Shown here: one piece after another, positions 20,595-29,427 of the stretch
Numbering within the stretch: position 1 is the first letter of the stretch
Layout: each line of letters opens with the position of its first letter
Source: an uncultured Planctomycetales bacterium
Lineage (GTDB): Bacteria; Omnitrophota; Gorgyraeia; Gygaellales; Profunditerraquicolaceae
Assembly (NCBI GenBank): GCA_964579435.1
Contig: CAZOGI010000010.1
Location: 23,583-87,582, forward strand
Direction of reading: 5' to 3'
Length of the DNA: 64,000 nucleotides
Translations under genes and position numbers: made by a program
The notes under the pieces: model-generated
Told to the model about the DNA's origin: nothing
Database searches by the model: none
The model's input: the letters and a program-made list of their open reading frames with translations, nothing else

Positions 20595-21676
20595 GGATCC
20601 TGTTCCTGCAGCCGTATCCGACCGAAGGACCCAGCAGCCGATACCGCGTCGAGCAGTTCATTCCCGGACTGCGCGCGCGGGGATGGGACTGCTGTGTGCG
20701 GCCGTTTCTTTCACCCGGGTTCTATCGCATCCGCTACACGAAAGGCCAGACCCTGCGCAAGATCTGGCTCTTCTTTCTCTGCAGTATCCGCCGCGCCGCA
20801 GACCTGGGGCGCGCCTTCGCCAGCGATATCGTCTTCATCCATCTTGAGGCATTCCCCCTGGGGCCGCCGCTCTTTGAATGGATACTCTTTCGCTGCGGCA
20901 AAAAAATAGTCTACGATATCGACGACGCCATCTACCTGGGCAGGACCAGCCCCGCAAACCGTTCCCTGCGTTTCCTGAAATGCCCCGGGAAGATCCCTCA
21001 CCTCATCCGCATGGCAGATGCGGTCGTCACCTGCAACACGTACCTGGGAGACTATTGCCGGCGCTGGAACAAAGAGGTATCCGTCATCCATACCGCCCTC
21101 GACACCGACCGCTTCAGCCCGCCGCCGGCATCCCGGCGGGGCGCGGGAGCGTTGACGATCGGCTGGATCGGCTCCCACAGCACCGCTGCCTACCTGGACC
21201 GGCTGCAGGGCATACTCGTGACGCTGGCCCGGGAATTTTCCTTCCGGTTCCTCATCGTCGGCGCAGGAGAATACCTCTTGCGCGCGCCGGGGGTTCGCGT
21301 CGAATACGCCGCCTGGCGGCTCGACGAAGAGGTGGAGCGCTTCCGGTCTCTCGATATCGGCGTCTACCCCTTACCGGACGACGAATGGGTGTTGGGCAAG
21401 ACCGGCTTCAAGACGCTGCAGTTTATGAGCGTCGGCGTCCCGTGCGTCGCCTCGGCAGTCGGGACGAACAGGCAGATCATCCGCGACGGCGTCAACGGCT
21501 TCCTGGCCAAGACCGACGATGAATGGCTGCGCAAGCTGCGGCTGCTGCTGCAGGATGAGCGGCTGCGCCGTTCGATCGGCGATGAAGGCCGCCGTACCGT
21601 CGAAAGCACCTATTCCCTCAAAATCGCTGCGGCGCGCCTGGAAGCGCTCCTGCAGTCAGTTCACCAACGGCGATAG
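20591..21676 (+). CDS. glycosyltransferase family 4 (GT-B fold)
   Basis: Track ORF 20357 trimmed to ATG 20591 (ATGA overlap). MRILFLQPYP N-terminus and LQFMSVGVPCVASAVGTN...DGVNGFL. Confidence 0.75.
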   Translation: MRILFLQPYPTEGPSSRYRVEQFIPGLRARGWDCCVRPFLSPGFYRIRYTKGQTLRKIWLFFLCSIRRAADLGRAFASDIVFIHLEAFPLGPPLFEWILFRCGKKIVYDIDDAIYLGRTSPANRSLRFLKCPGKIPHLIRMADAVVTCNTYLGDYCRRWNKEVSVIHTALDTDRFSPPPASRRGAGALTIGWIGSHSTAAYLDRLQGILVTLAREFSFRFLIVGAGEYLLRAPGVRVEYAAWRLDEEVERFRSLDIGVYPLPDDEWVLGKTGFKTLQFMSVGVPCVASAVGTNRQIIRDGVNGFLAKTDDEWLRKLRLLLQDERLRRSIGDEGRRTVESTYSLKIAAARLEALLQSVHQRR

Positions 21677-21680
21677 CCTT

Positions 21681-23585
21681 ATGTGCGGCATCTGCGGATT
21701 CATCGACAACCGGGCAGACGGGGCATGCGGCGAAGAGGTGCTGCGGGAGATGAACCGCCGCCTTTCGCACCGCGGACCCGACGACGAAGGAACCTACCTT
21801 GCCCGTTCGCCCCGTGTGGGGACCGTGGGCCTGGGCCACCGGCGCCTCAAGATCATCGATCTCTCCGCCGCCGGAAGGCAGCCGATGGCCAATGAAGACG
21901 GCAGCATCCGCCTCGTCCTCAACGGGGAAATCTACAACTACCGCCAGCTGCGCGCCCTGCTGCAGGAGAAAGGCCATGTCTTCTCTTCCGAGACCGACAC
22001 CGAAACCCTGGTCCATCTCTACGAAGAGGAGGGGACGGGACTGCTGCAACGGCTGCGCGGGATGTTCGCCTTCGCCCTCTGGGACGAAAAGAAACAGCTC
22101 CTCTTGCTTGCGCGTGACCGCATCGGGAAGAAACCGCTCGTGTACGCACAGGACGGCCGGTTTTTCTGTTTCGCTTCGGAGCTCAACAGCCTGATGGCTG
22201 CGGCAACCGGCCGCCCCCAGATGGAAATGCCGGCGCTGGACGACTACTTAAGCTTCGGGTACATCCCGGCGCCGCTGACCATTTACAAGGGTATCCGCAA
22301 ACTCCCGCCGGGACATTTCCTCATACTCAGGGATGGGCGGATGAGCCTGGAGCGCTACTGGCGGCTGCAGTACGGGCCGAAGCGGCGCATCAGCGAAGAG
22401 GATGCCGCCCAGGAAACCCTGCGGCTGCTGGAGGAATCGGTGCGCGTTCGGCTCAACAGCGACGTGCCCCTGGGCGCTTTCTTAAGCGGAGGTATCGACT
22501 CAAGCGCGGTGGTCGCGCTCATGAGCCGGGCAGGGGCGGGACAAGTCAAAACCTTCTCGATCGGATTCGGCGACGCCGATTACGACGAGCTCAAATTCGC
22601 GCGCCTCATCGCCCGCCGTTACGGGACCGACCACCACGAATTCACCGTCCGGCCCAACGCCCTCGGGATCATCGACGAGCTCGTGACCCGTTACGGCGAA
22701 CCGTTCGCCGACTCCTCCTGCATCCCGACCTACTACGTCTCCGAGATGACCCGCCGCTCGGTCACCGTCGCCCTCAACGGCGACGGGGGAGACGAATTGT
22801 TCGCCGGCTATGACCGGTACCGGGCGATGCTCATCGCGCAAAAGCTCTTCGAATACCCGCATGCGCTGCGCAGCAGGCTGCGGGCGCTGGAACGGCTCCT
22901 GCCGGATTCACCCAACCCCCGCAGCAGGCTGCGCAGGGCAAAACGGTTCCTGCAGGCCGCGTTCATGCCCGAAGCGAAACGCTACTGCCGGTGGCTGGGG
23001 ATCTTCACCCCCGAGCAGCGGCACAGCCTCTATTTAACGCGGGACAGCAGCCTGTACGAAAAAGACCGCGCCGCTGACCTCATCACCGCACTCCTGGGCG
23101 AGGCAAACACCGAGGCGCTTCTGGACAGGATACTCTATACCGACAGCCTCCTGTACCTGCCCTTTGATCTGCTGGTCAAAGTCGATATCGCCAGCATGAC
23201 CCATGCGCTGGAAGCGCGTTCTCCGTTCCTGGACCAGGAACTCATCGAATTCGTCGCCCGGCTTCCGGCGGATTACAAGCTGCGCGGCTCGACGAGCAAG
23301 TACCTCCTCAAAAAAGCGCTCCACCCCCATCTGCCCGGCCCGATACTGTCGCGGGGCAAGATGGGATTCGGCGTCCCCCTGGGCAGGTGGTTCCGCGGAG
23401 AGCTGCGCGATTTCGTCAAAGACAACCTCTGCTGCGCGCAGACGCGTATCACCTCATTCCTGAACGCGGAAGAGATCGACCGCATCGTCCACGAGCACAT
23501 CGTGCTGAACAAAGACCGTTCGTACCAGATATGGAGCCTGCTGATGCTGGAGTTGTGGCATCGCCGTTTTATGCCGTCGCCGTAA
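21681..23585 (+). CDS. asparagine synthase (glutamine-hydrolysing) family amidotransferase
   Basis: Track ORF 21519 trimmed to ATG 21681, giving the N-terminal MCGICG nucleophile. PP-loop FLSGGIDSS. Confidence 0.9.
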   Translation: MCGICGFIDNRADGACGEEVLREMNRRLSHRGPDDEGTYLARSPRVGTVGLGHRRLKIIDLSAAGRQPMANEDGSIRLVLNGEIYNYRQLRALLQEKGHVFSSETDTETLVHLYEEEGTGLLQRLRGMFAFALWDEKKQLLLLARDRIGKKPLVYAQDGRFFCFASELNSLMAAATGRPQMEMPALDDYLSFGYIPAPLTIYKGIRKLPPGHFLILRDGRMSLERYWRLQYGPKRRISEEDAAQETLRLLEESVRVRLNSDVPLGAFLSGGIDSSAVVALMSRAGAGQVKTFSIGFGDADYDELKFARLIARRYGTDHHEFTVRPNALGIIDELVTRYGEPFADSSCIPTYYVSEMTRRSVTVALNGDGGDELFAGYDRYRAMLIAQKLFEYPHALRSRLRALERLLPDSPNPRSRLRRAKRFLQAAFMPEAKRYCRWLGIFTPEQRHSLYLTRDSSLYEKDRAADLITALLGEANTEALLDRILYTDSLLYLPFDLLVKVDIASMTHALEARSPFLDQELIEFVARLPADYKLRGSTSKYLLKKALHPHLPGPILSRGKMGFGVPLGRWFRGELRDFVKDNLCCAQTRITSFLNAEEIDRIVHEHIVLNKDRSYQIWSLLMLELWHRRFMPSP

Positions 23586-23601
23586 GGCCCAAGAGAACCC
23601 C

Positions 23602-25488
23602 ATGACCGAAACCGTCAAAGAAGACATCATCTGCATTTCCTCCATCGACTGGGATTTCATCTGGCAGGGGCACCAGGAGATCTGCTCGACCCTGGCCCGC
23701 CAGGGCAACCGCGTCCTCTTCATCGAGAATACGGGAGTTCGCTCCCCCGGGATCCGGGATATGGGCAGGCTGCGCAGCCGCATCCGCAACTATCTGCGCG
23801 GGACCAAAGGCATACGCAAGGAAGCCCCCAACCTCTACGTTTACTCGCCGCTTGCCCTGCCGTTCCCGTATTCCCGCCTCGCCCGGATGATCAACCGGCG
23901 GCTGATGCTCTCGATGATCCGGCGCTGGATGGATGCGATCGGGTTCCAGCGGCCCGTGATCTGGACCTTTCTGCCGACCGGCACGGCGCTGGACCTCATC
24001 CACAGCCTCGAACCGAAACTCCTCATCTACTATTGCATCGACAATTTTACCGCCAGTTCCGCAGCCGCCGCCAGGATCCGTTCCAGCGAGCGAGCGCTGA
24101 TCAGGGAAGCGGACCTGGTCTTTACGACCTCGCACGCCCTCTATGAGTACTGCGCCCGGGACAGCTCCCGCGTGCACCTGTTCCCTTTCGGGGTCAACAT
24201 AAGCCGCTTCGAGGCGGTGCGCGACGATCCCAACGCGCCCGTCCCGCCGGACATCGCGGCGCTGCGCCCGCCGATCGTCGGCTACGTCGGCGGCATCCAC
24301 AAATGGATCGATTTTCCCCTCCTGGAGCATGCGGCGCGCGCGCTTCCCGATGTCACCTTCGCCCTGGTCGGCCCCCTGCAGGCCGACCCGGGAACGCTGC
24401 GGGGCCTGCCCAACGTGCATTTCCTGGGGAACAAACAGCACACCGAACTGCCGCACTACATAAAACGGTTCTCGGCTGCCGTCATTCCCTACCGCCTCAG
24501 CGAATACACCCGTAACGTCTATCCGACAAAACTCAACGAATACCTCTCCCTCGGCACCCCGGTTGTCTCAACCGCGCTGCCGGAAATAGAGGCATTCGCG
24601 CGCAAACATCCCGGGACCGTCGAGCTTGCCGATTCTCCGGAATCTTTTTCCCAGCGCCTCAAGGAAACCCTCCGCAAGAAAGAGGATGCGCCGCAACGCT
24701 CGGCGCGGATAGCCGCCGCGCGCCTGAACAGCTGGGAGGCGCGCATCGCCGAGATGTCCGCGCTTATCGGCGAAGCTCTGGAGAAAAAACGCATCCAGCA
24801 GGAAGCGCACTGGACGGAAAACATTCTGGCCTTCTCCCGCGCTGCTTCGCGCAAGATCTCCTCCATAATCCTCTTGACCGGCCTCGCCTACGGCGCCCTT
24901 TTTTACACCCCCTTGCTCTGGACCCTGGCCCGGCCGTTGCTGGTGGTCGAGAAACCGCTCAAGAGCGACGCGATAGTCGTCTTTGCCGGAGGGGTGGGGG
25001 AGTCGGGGAAATGGGGGCAAGGGTACGAGGAACGCGTGCAGTATGCCGTCGAACTGTACCGGCAGGGATTCGCCCCCAAGCTCCTCTTCTCCTCCGGCTA
25101 CAGCTACGCCTTCAAGGAACCGCAGATCATGAAAGCCCTGGCCGTTTCGCTGGGCGTCCCAACCACTGACATACTCCTGGAAGAGAATGCGATCCGCACC
25201 TACGAAAATGCCCTCTACAGCAGCGCCCTGTGCCGCGCGCACGGCTGGCACTCGATCCTCCTGGTCACTTCGCCCTATCATACGCGCCGCGCCTGCCTGG
25301 TCTTTCGAAAGATCGCGCCGCAGCTTTACGTCAGGTATACGCCCATTCCCCAAAGCCTTTTTTACACCCCGCCTGCCCGCAACGCAGGCGGCGGTATCCT
25401 GAAGAGATGGGCCACCCCCGATCAGGTCAGCGGCATACTGCATGAATATATAGGCATCGTCTACTATTGGATCAAAGGCTGGATTTAA
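23602..25488 (+). CDS. fusion protein: GT-B glycosyltransferase (TuaH-like) + C-terminal DUF218/YdcF-type domain
   Basis: 628 aa. N-terminal ICISSIDWDFIWQGHQE, a central hydrophobic segment, and C-terminal AIVVFAGGVGESG...LLVTSPYHTRRA. Confidence 0.65.
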   Translation: MTETVKEDIICISSIDWDFIWQGHQEICSTLARQGNRVLFIENTGVRSPGIRDMGRLRSRIRNYLRGTKGIRKEAPNLYVYSPLALPFPYSRLARMINRRLMLSMIRRWMDAIGFQRPVIWTFLPTGTALDLIHSLEPKLLIYYCIDNFTASSAAAARIRSSERALIREADLVFTTSHALYEYCARDSSRVHLFPFGVNISRFEAVRDDPNAPVPPDIAALRPPIVGYVGGIHKWIDFPLLEHAARALPDVTFALVGPLQADPGTLRGLPNVHFLGNKQHTELPHYIKRFSAAVIPYRLSEYTRNVYPTKLNEYLSLGTPVVSTALPEIEAFARKHPGTVELADSPESFSQRLKETLRKKEDAPQRSARIAAARLNSWEARIAEMSALIGEALEKKRIQQEAHWTENILAFSRAASRKISSIILLTGLAYGALFYTPLLWTLARPLLVVEKPLKSDAIVVFAGGVGESGKWGQGYEERVQYAVELYRQGFAPKLLFSSGYSYAFKEPQIMKALAVSLGVPTTDILLEENAIRTYENALYSSALCRAHGWHSILLVTSPYHTRRACLVFRKIAPQLYVRYTPIPQSLFYTPPARNAGGGILKRWATPDQVSGILHEYIGIVYYWIKGWI

Positions 25489-25501
25489 AAGAGGAGACCG
25501 C

Positions 25502-26353
25502 ATGAAACTCATCGACCCCAAAGGCAGACTCTTCGGCGTCATCAACGTCATCGACCTTCTCGCGCTCATCTTCCTTCTTTCCTTCATCCCGCTTTTCATC
25601 TTCTCCCTGCGCCTGCTCATGCCGCGCAAAATCGCCAAGCCGCAGGTCGAATACGTGACCATCGAGCTCTATGGGCTGTTCAAAAAGCTTCCGGCCGAAA
25701 CAGCCGAGACAGTTGCCGCCGCCGACACCGAACGCGCGCCCGACGGCTCTATCCTGGGCACCATCCTCTGGCGCGGAGAAACACGGCCGCACACCTGGAA
25801 GATAGACCTGGGCAACAACAAATTCCAGACCGTCCAGGACCCCTCCCTCAAGGAAATCCCGGTGAAACTGGCGCTTCGCGTCGAGCGGGTCGGCGAAAAG
25901 GCGACCTATAACATGCACCCAATCTCGCTGAATGAAGAACTGATCTTTTGCGCGGAAAAATACACCGCCCGCCTTCAGCTCAGGCCCGAGGGATTCCCGA
26001 CGGAATGGCTTACCGTTAAGGTCTGCTTCACCGGCCTATCCCCCGAATTGAGCAAATTGATCCGGGAAGGGGCCAACGAAAAAGACGAAACAAACCAGAT
26101 CATCGGCAAGGTCAGCAGGATCATCTCGTCGATCGTTTTAGAGCCCTCCCCGAACAAACTGCTGCAGGCGCAATTCGATCAAAACACAAAAGAGTACAAT
26201 CGCGTGATGACCGTGGTCGCAATGAAGCTTTTCTGCAGGAAGAGCCCTACCGGAGAATTCCAGTACAAGGATTTCGCCGTGCGCGTCGGCTCCCAGATCG
26301 TTTTCGCGACGCCGCACTTCATCATATCCGGGGATGTTCTCGAAATGGAATGA
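25502..26353 (+). CDS. DUF4330-like membrane-anchored protein
   Basis: 283 aa. The N-terminus MKLIDPKGRLFGVINVIDLLALIFLL resembles that family as I remember it. Confidence 0.5.
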   Translation: MKLIDPKGRLFGVINVIDLLALIFLLSFIPLFIFSLRLLMPRKIAKPQVEYVTIELYGLFKKLPAETAETVAAADTERAPDGSILGTILWRGETRPHTWKIDLGNNKFQTVQDPSLKEIPVKLALRVERVGEKATYNMHPISLNEELIFCAEKYTARLQLRPEGFPTEWLTVKVCFTGLSPELSKLIREGANEKDETNQIIGKVSRIISSIVLEPSPNKLLQAQFDQNTKEYNRVMTVVAMKLFCRKSPTGEFQYKDFAVRVGSQIVFATPHFIISGDVLEME

Positions 26354-26991
26354 CCATGAAATCTGAGGTCCTCAGCAAAAGCCTGACCAGACACCTCTTG
26401 AACGGGATGCGGCTATCCGCTATCCGGTGGCTGCGCCTGTTCGCATATGCCTATCCGCAGAGCGTCTCCTGCCGGTCGCTGCAACGCCTCGGATCCCCGT
26501 ACGGCAACAGCCGCACGCGCACGACAATCGCTCTGGCTCAACAGCTCTTTAATAATTCCGCTCACGGATACCCGTTCAGTCTTTTGCGAAGAGCCATGCT
26601 CATGCTTTCAGGAGTGCTGCTGCGGGAAAGGGGATTGCTCAAGAGCAGCCTTTTCGCTGCCGGCATGCGCACCGCAGGCGCACGGCTTATGCGCACGCTC
26701 GTTGACATTTCCGAGAACAGCATCCTGCGCGTCAGGGCAAAGCAACAAACCCGCGCGCCGGAATGGGCGATACTCCTTTTCTGCGGCCTGGGCATCGCCG
26801 CGGCACAGGCGCTCCTGGCACCGCCTCTGTGGACTTGCGTGTCTCCCCCCGTCGTCGTTTTTCGCAGCCTGTGCGCAGGACTGGGGGCATTGTCGGCGAT
26901 CGGCCTCATCGCCTTTCCCGATGAGCTCAAAAGGACCGCTGCGGGAAGCCTCGTCGCGGGGATCATAAATAGGTGTTGTAAAGGGGGCTGA
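26350..26991 (+). CDS. hypothetical membrane protein
   Basis: 213 aa. ATGA-coupled start, GC3-rich codons, C-terminal hydrophobic helices. No recognisable motif. Confidence 0.35.
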   Translation: MTMKSEVLSKSLTRHLLNGMRLSAIRWLRLFAYAYPQSVSCRSLQRLGSPYGNSRTRTTIALAQQLFNNSAHGYPFSLLRRAMLMLSGVLLRERGLLKSSLFAAGMRTAGARLMRTLVDISENSILRVRAKQQTRAPEWAILLFCGLGIAAAQALLAPPLWTCVSPPVVVFRSLCAGLGALSAIGLIAFPDELKRTAAGSLVAGIINRCCKGG

Positions 26992-27004
26992 TTTCCCTTA
27001 CAAT
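26976..27004 (+). promoter_or_regulatory. sigma70-like promoter TTGTAA-17 nt-TACAAT
   Basis: -35 at 26976-26981 and -10 at 26999-27004 with an exact 17-nt spacer. Lies across the stop of the upstream gene, about 45 nt before ATG 27053, which has a GAGGA SD. Confidence 0.4.
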
Positions 27005-27052
27005 ATGCGCCAGATGAAAGATAACCAAGGCTCACCCAAACGAGGACAAAAG

Positions 27053-28027
27053 ATGAATATACTGATCACCGGCGGCGCCGGATTCATCGGTTCGCACCTG
27101 GCAGAGCGCCTCCTGCGCGCGGGACACCGGGTAACGGCATTGGACAACCTTTCGACCGGCAAGATTTCCAATATCGCGCACCTGCAGAAAGACCGATCCT
27201 TCCAGCTGGTCATCGGCACGATCCTCAACGAGATGCTCGTCGACAAGCTGGTGGAGCGTTGCGACTGCATCTTCCATCTGGCGGCGGCGGTCGGCGTTGA
27301 GCTCATCGTCAAAAAGCCGATGGAATCACTCACCACCAACATCAAGGGCAGCGAGATCGTCCTGAACATGGCCCACCGTTACCACAAAAAGATCCTCATC
27401 ACCTCCACCTCCGAGATATACGGCAAAAACACCTCCGGCCCCCTCAAGGAAGACGGCGACCGGATCCTCGGATCCCCCTTAAAGACCCGCTGGAGCTACT
27501 CGACCGCCAAGGCAGTCGATGAGATGCTGGCATACGTCTACTGGAAGGAATACGGGGTCCCCTCGGTTATCGTGCGGCTCTTTAACACCGTCGGCCCGCG
27601 GCAATCAAGCGCCTACGGCATGGTCATGCCGCGTTTTATCGAGCAGGCGCTGGCAAACAGGCCGCTGACGGTCTTCGGCTCGGGCAAGCAAACGCGCTGC
27701 TTTATCCACGTCAAGGACGTGGTGAGCGCCCTCATCAAGCTCAGCAACGAGCCGCGCGCGATAGGGGAGGTCTTCAACATCGGCTCCCAGGAAGAGATCA
27801 GCATCGAAAAACTCGCCCTCAGGATCATCGCGCTCACCAGGAGCAAATCCAAGATCCAATACCTCCCGTACGAAAAGGCCTACGAAGAGGGATTCGAGGA
27901 TATGCAGCGTCGTGTCCCCGACACCTCCAAGATAAAAAAACTGGTCGGTTTTAAGCCGACGGTTTCCCTCTCCGGGATCATCCTCGACACCCTGCGCTCT
28001 CTTAAGAAAACAGCCAAGACACGCTAG
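27053..28027 (+). CDS. NAD-dependent sugar epimerase/dehydratase (UDP-sugar 4-epimerase/decarboxylase-like SDR)
   Basis: Track ORF 27005 trimmed to ATG 27053, behind a GAGGA SD. MNILITGGAGFIGSHL and YSTAK. Confidence 0.85.
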   Translation: MNILITGGAGFIGSHLAERLLRAGHRVTALDNLSTGKISNIAHLQKDRSFQLVIGTILNEMLVDKLVERCDCIFHLAAAVGVELIVKKPMESLTTNIKGSEIVLNMAHRYHKKILITSTSEIYGKNTSGPLKEDGDRILGSPLKTRWSYSTAKAVDEMLAYVYWKEYGVPSVIVRLFNTVGPRQSSAYGMVMPRFIEQALANRPLTVFGSGKQTRCFIHVKDVVSALIKLSNEPRAIGEVFNIGSQEEISIEKLALRIIALTRSKSKIQYLPYEKAYEEGFEDMQRRVPDTSKIKKLVGFKPTVSLSGIILDTLRSLKKTAKTR

Positions 28028-28049
28028 GCTCTTGCGCCATACGCACGCT

Positions 28050-29297
28050 ATGGCCGACTCCCGTCACCGACAACCAACCGCTGCGGTGCGCGTCATGCGC
28101 ATCATCGCCCGCCTGAATATCGGCGGCCCGGCAATCCATGCGGTACTGCTCAGCAGCTGCCTGGACCGGAACCGTTTCGAAACGCTCCTGGTCACCGGGG
28201 AAAAAGAGCCCCGGGAAGGGGACATGTCCTATCTGGCCAGGCGCGCGCGGATAGAAGCGGTGGTCATCCCGCAGATGCGCCGGTCACTCAACCCCTTGCT
28301 CGACCTGATCGCCTTCTTTAAGATCTGCGGCTTGATCTCCCGTTTCCGGCCGCAGATCCTGCACACCCACACCGCCAAAGCCGGCACCCTCGGGCGCCTG
28401 GCTGCCTTAACGATCAACCTCTGGCGCGCCCTGACCTTGAGCCCCTTCATCCGCACGGTGCATACGTTCCACGGTCATGTGCTCAGCGACTATTTCAACC
28501 CGATCCAGACCGCTTTCTTCCGAACGCTTGAACGCCTTCTCGCGGCAGGGACCGACCGGCTCGTGACCGTCAGCGAAACGGTTAAACAGGATCTACTGCG
28601 CCTCAAGATCTCCTCCGGGAAACGATTGAGCGTCATCCGGCTTGGGTTCGACCTCGAGCCTTTTTTGTCGCTTGAGCCGGCCCGTTGCGCTACCAGACCG
28701 CGGGTCGGCATCGTCGGCAGGCTCGTGCCGATCAAGAACCACCGCATGTTCCTGGACGCGGTCACGCTCCTGGAAACGGACGCGCAGGCGCATTGTGACT
28801 TTGAAATCATCGGTGACGGCGAGCTGCGCGAATCGCTTCAGTCTTATGCGCAACAGAAAGGCATCGCAGCGCACCTTGAGTTCCGGGGCTGGCAACAGGA
28901 CCTGCCGGCCGTCTACCGCAACCTCGACATCGTCGCGCTGACCTCACTCAACGAAGGCACGCCCGTCTCGATCATCGAAGCGCTCGCCTCAGGGCGAGCG
29001 GTCGTCGCAACCCAGGTCGGAGGGGTCAGCGATCTGCTCGGAGCGGCCCGCAGCGGTTTCGAGGATAACGCTGGTTTCAAAGTATGCCAGCGGGGAATAC
29101 TCATCCGCTCCGGCGATGCGCGCGGCCTCTTTGAGGCGCTGCGGTTTCTCTGCGCGCATCCGCAGCTGTGGCCGGCGCTTACCGAAGCAGGCAGGATATT
29201 CGCCCGGGAGAATTTCGGCAAGGAGCGGCTGGTGGGGGAGATAGAGCGACTGTACGGGGAGTTATTGAAACATAGACACATGACACCTGACACATGA
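28050..29297 (+). CDS. glycosyltransferase family 4 (GT-B fold)
   Basis: Track ORF 28032 trimmed to ATG 28050. RIIARLNIGGPAIH and EGTPVSIIEALASGRAVVAT. The last 8 codons and the stop lie inside the GACACNN repeat. Confidence 0.75.
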   Translation: MADSRHRQPTAAVRVMRIIARLNIGGPAIHAVLLSSCLDRNRFETLLVTGEKEPREGDMSYLARRARIEAVVIPQMRRSLNPLLDLIAFFKICGLISRFRPQILHTHTAKAGTLGRLAALTINLWRALTLSPFIRTVHTFHGHVLSDYFNPIQTAFFRTLERLLAAGTDRLVTVSETVKQDLLRLKISSGKRLSVIRLGFDLEPFLSLEPARCATRPRVGIVGRLVPIKNHRMFLDAVTLLETDAQAHCDFEIIGDGELRESLQSYAQQKGIAAHLEFRGWQQDLPAVYRNLDIVALTSLNEGTPVSIIEALASGRAVVATQVGGVSDLLGAARSGFEDNAGFKVCQRGILIRSGDARGLFEALRFLCAHPQLWPALTEAGRIFARENFGKERLVGEIERLYGELLKHRHMTPDT

Positions 29298-29334
29298 CAC
29301 AAGGTGGAGCACACGAACACAGGAACACAAGGAA
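29274..29334. repeat. GACACNN heptanucleotide tandem repeat
   Basis: GACACATGACAC CT GACACATGACAC is a perfect 12-mer repeated at a 14-nt period, i.e. 4 GACACNN units. It is followed by degenerate 7-nt units (GGTGGAG CACACGA ACACAGG AACACAA). Confidence 0.8.
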
Positions 29335-29390
29335 ATCCCGTGCCCTGATGCTCTTGTGCACCGGTGCGCCTGGCTCTTATAACTGGTGTC

Positions 29391-29419
29391 TTGTGCCTGG
29401 TCACCCGATTTGTTATAAT
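29391..29419 (+). promoter_or_regulatory. sigma70-like promoter TTGTGC-17 nt-TATAAT, leaderless-type
   Basis: -35 at 29391-29396 and -10 at 29414-29419. Only 8 nt separate the -10 from ATG 29428, and there is no SD. Confidence 0.5.
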
Positions 29420-29427
29420 ATAGACTT

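Noticed and set aside
21681-23585. Asparagine synthase homologue as a possible lasso-peptide cyclase partner for the PqqD/kinase/nucleotidyltransferase genes
   Set aside because: It lies about 34 kb away in a different transcription unit, between glycosyltransferases. It keeps the full N-terminal glutaminase domain (MCGICG). This is the usual sugar- or polymer-amidating AsnB of EPS loci, and no B2-type transglutaminase protease is present.
27005-27052. Leaderless start for the SDR gene at ATG 27005 or 27014, next to the TACAAT box
   Set aside because: ATG 27005 abuts the -10 box. The conserved SDR N-terminus (MNILITGGAGFIG) begins at 27053 and has a good GAGGA SD, so a normal leadered start is more likely.
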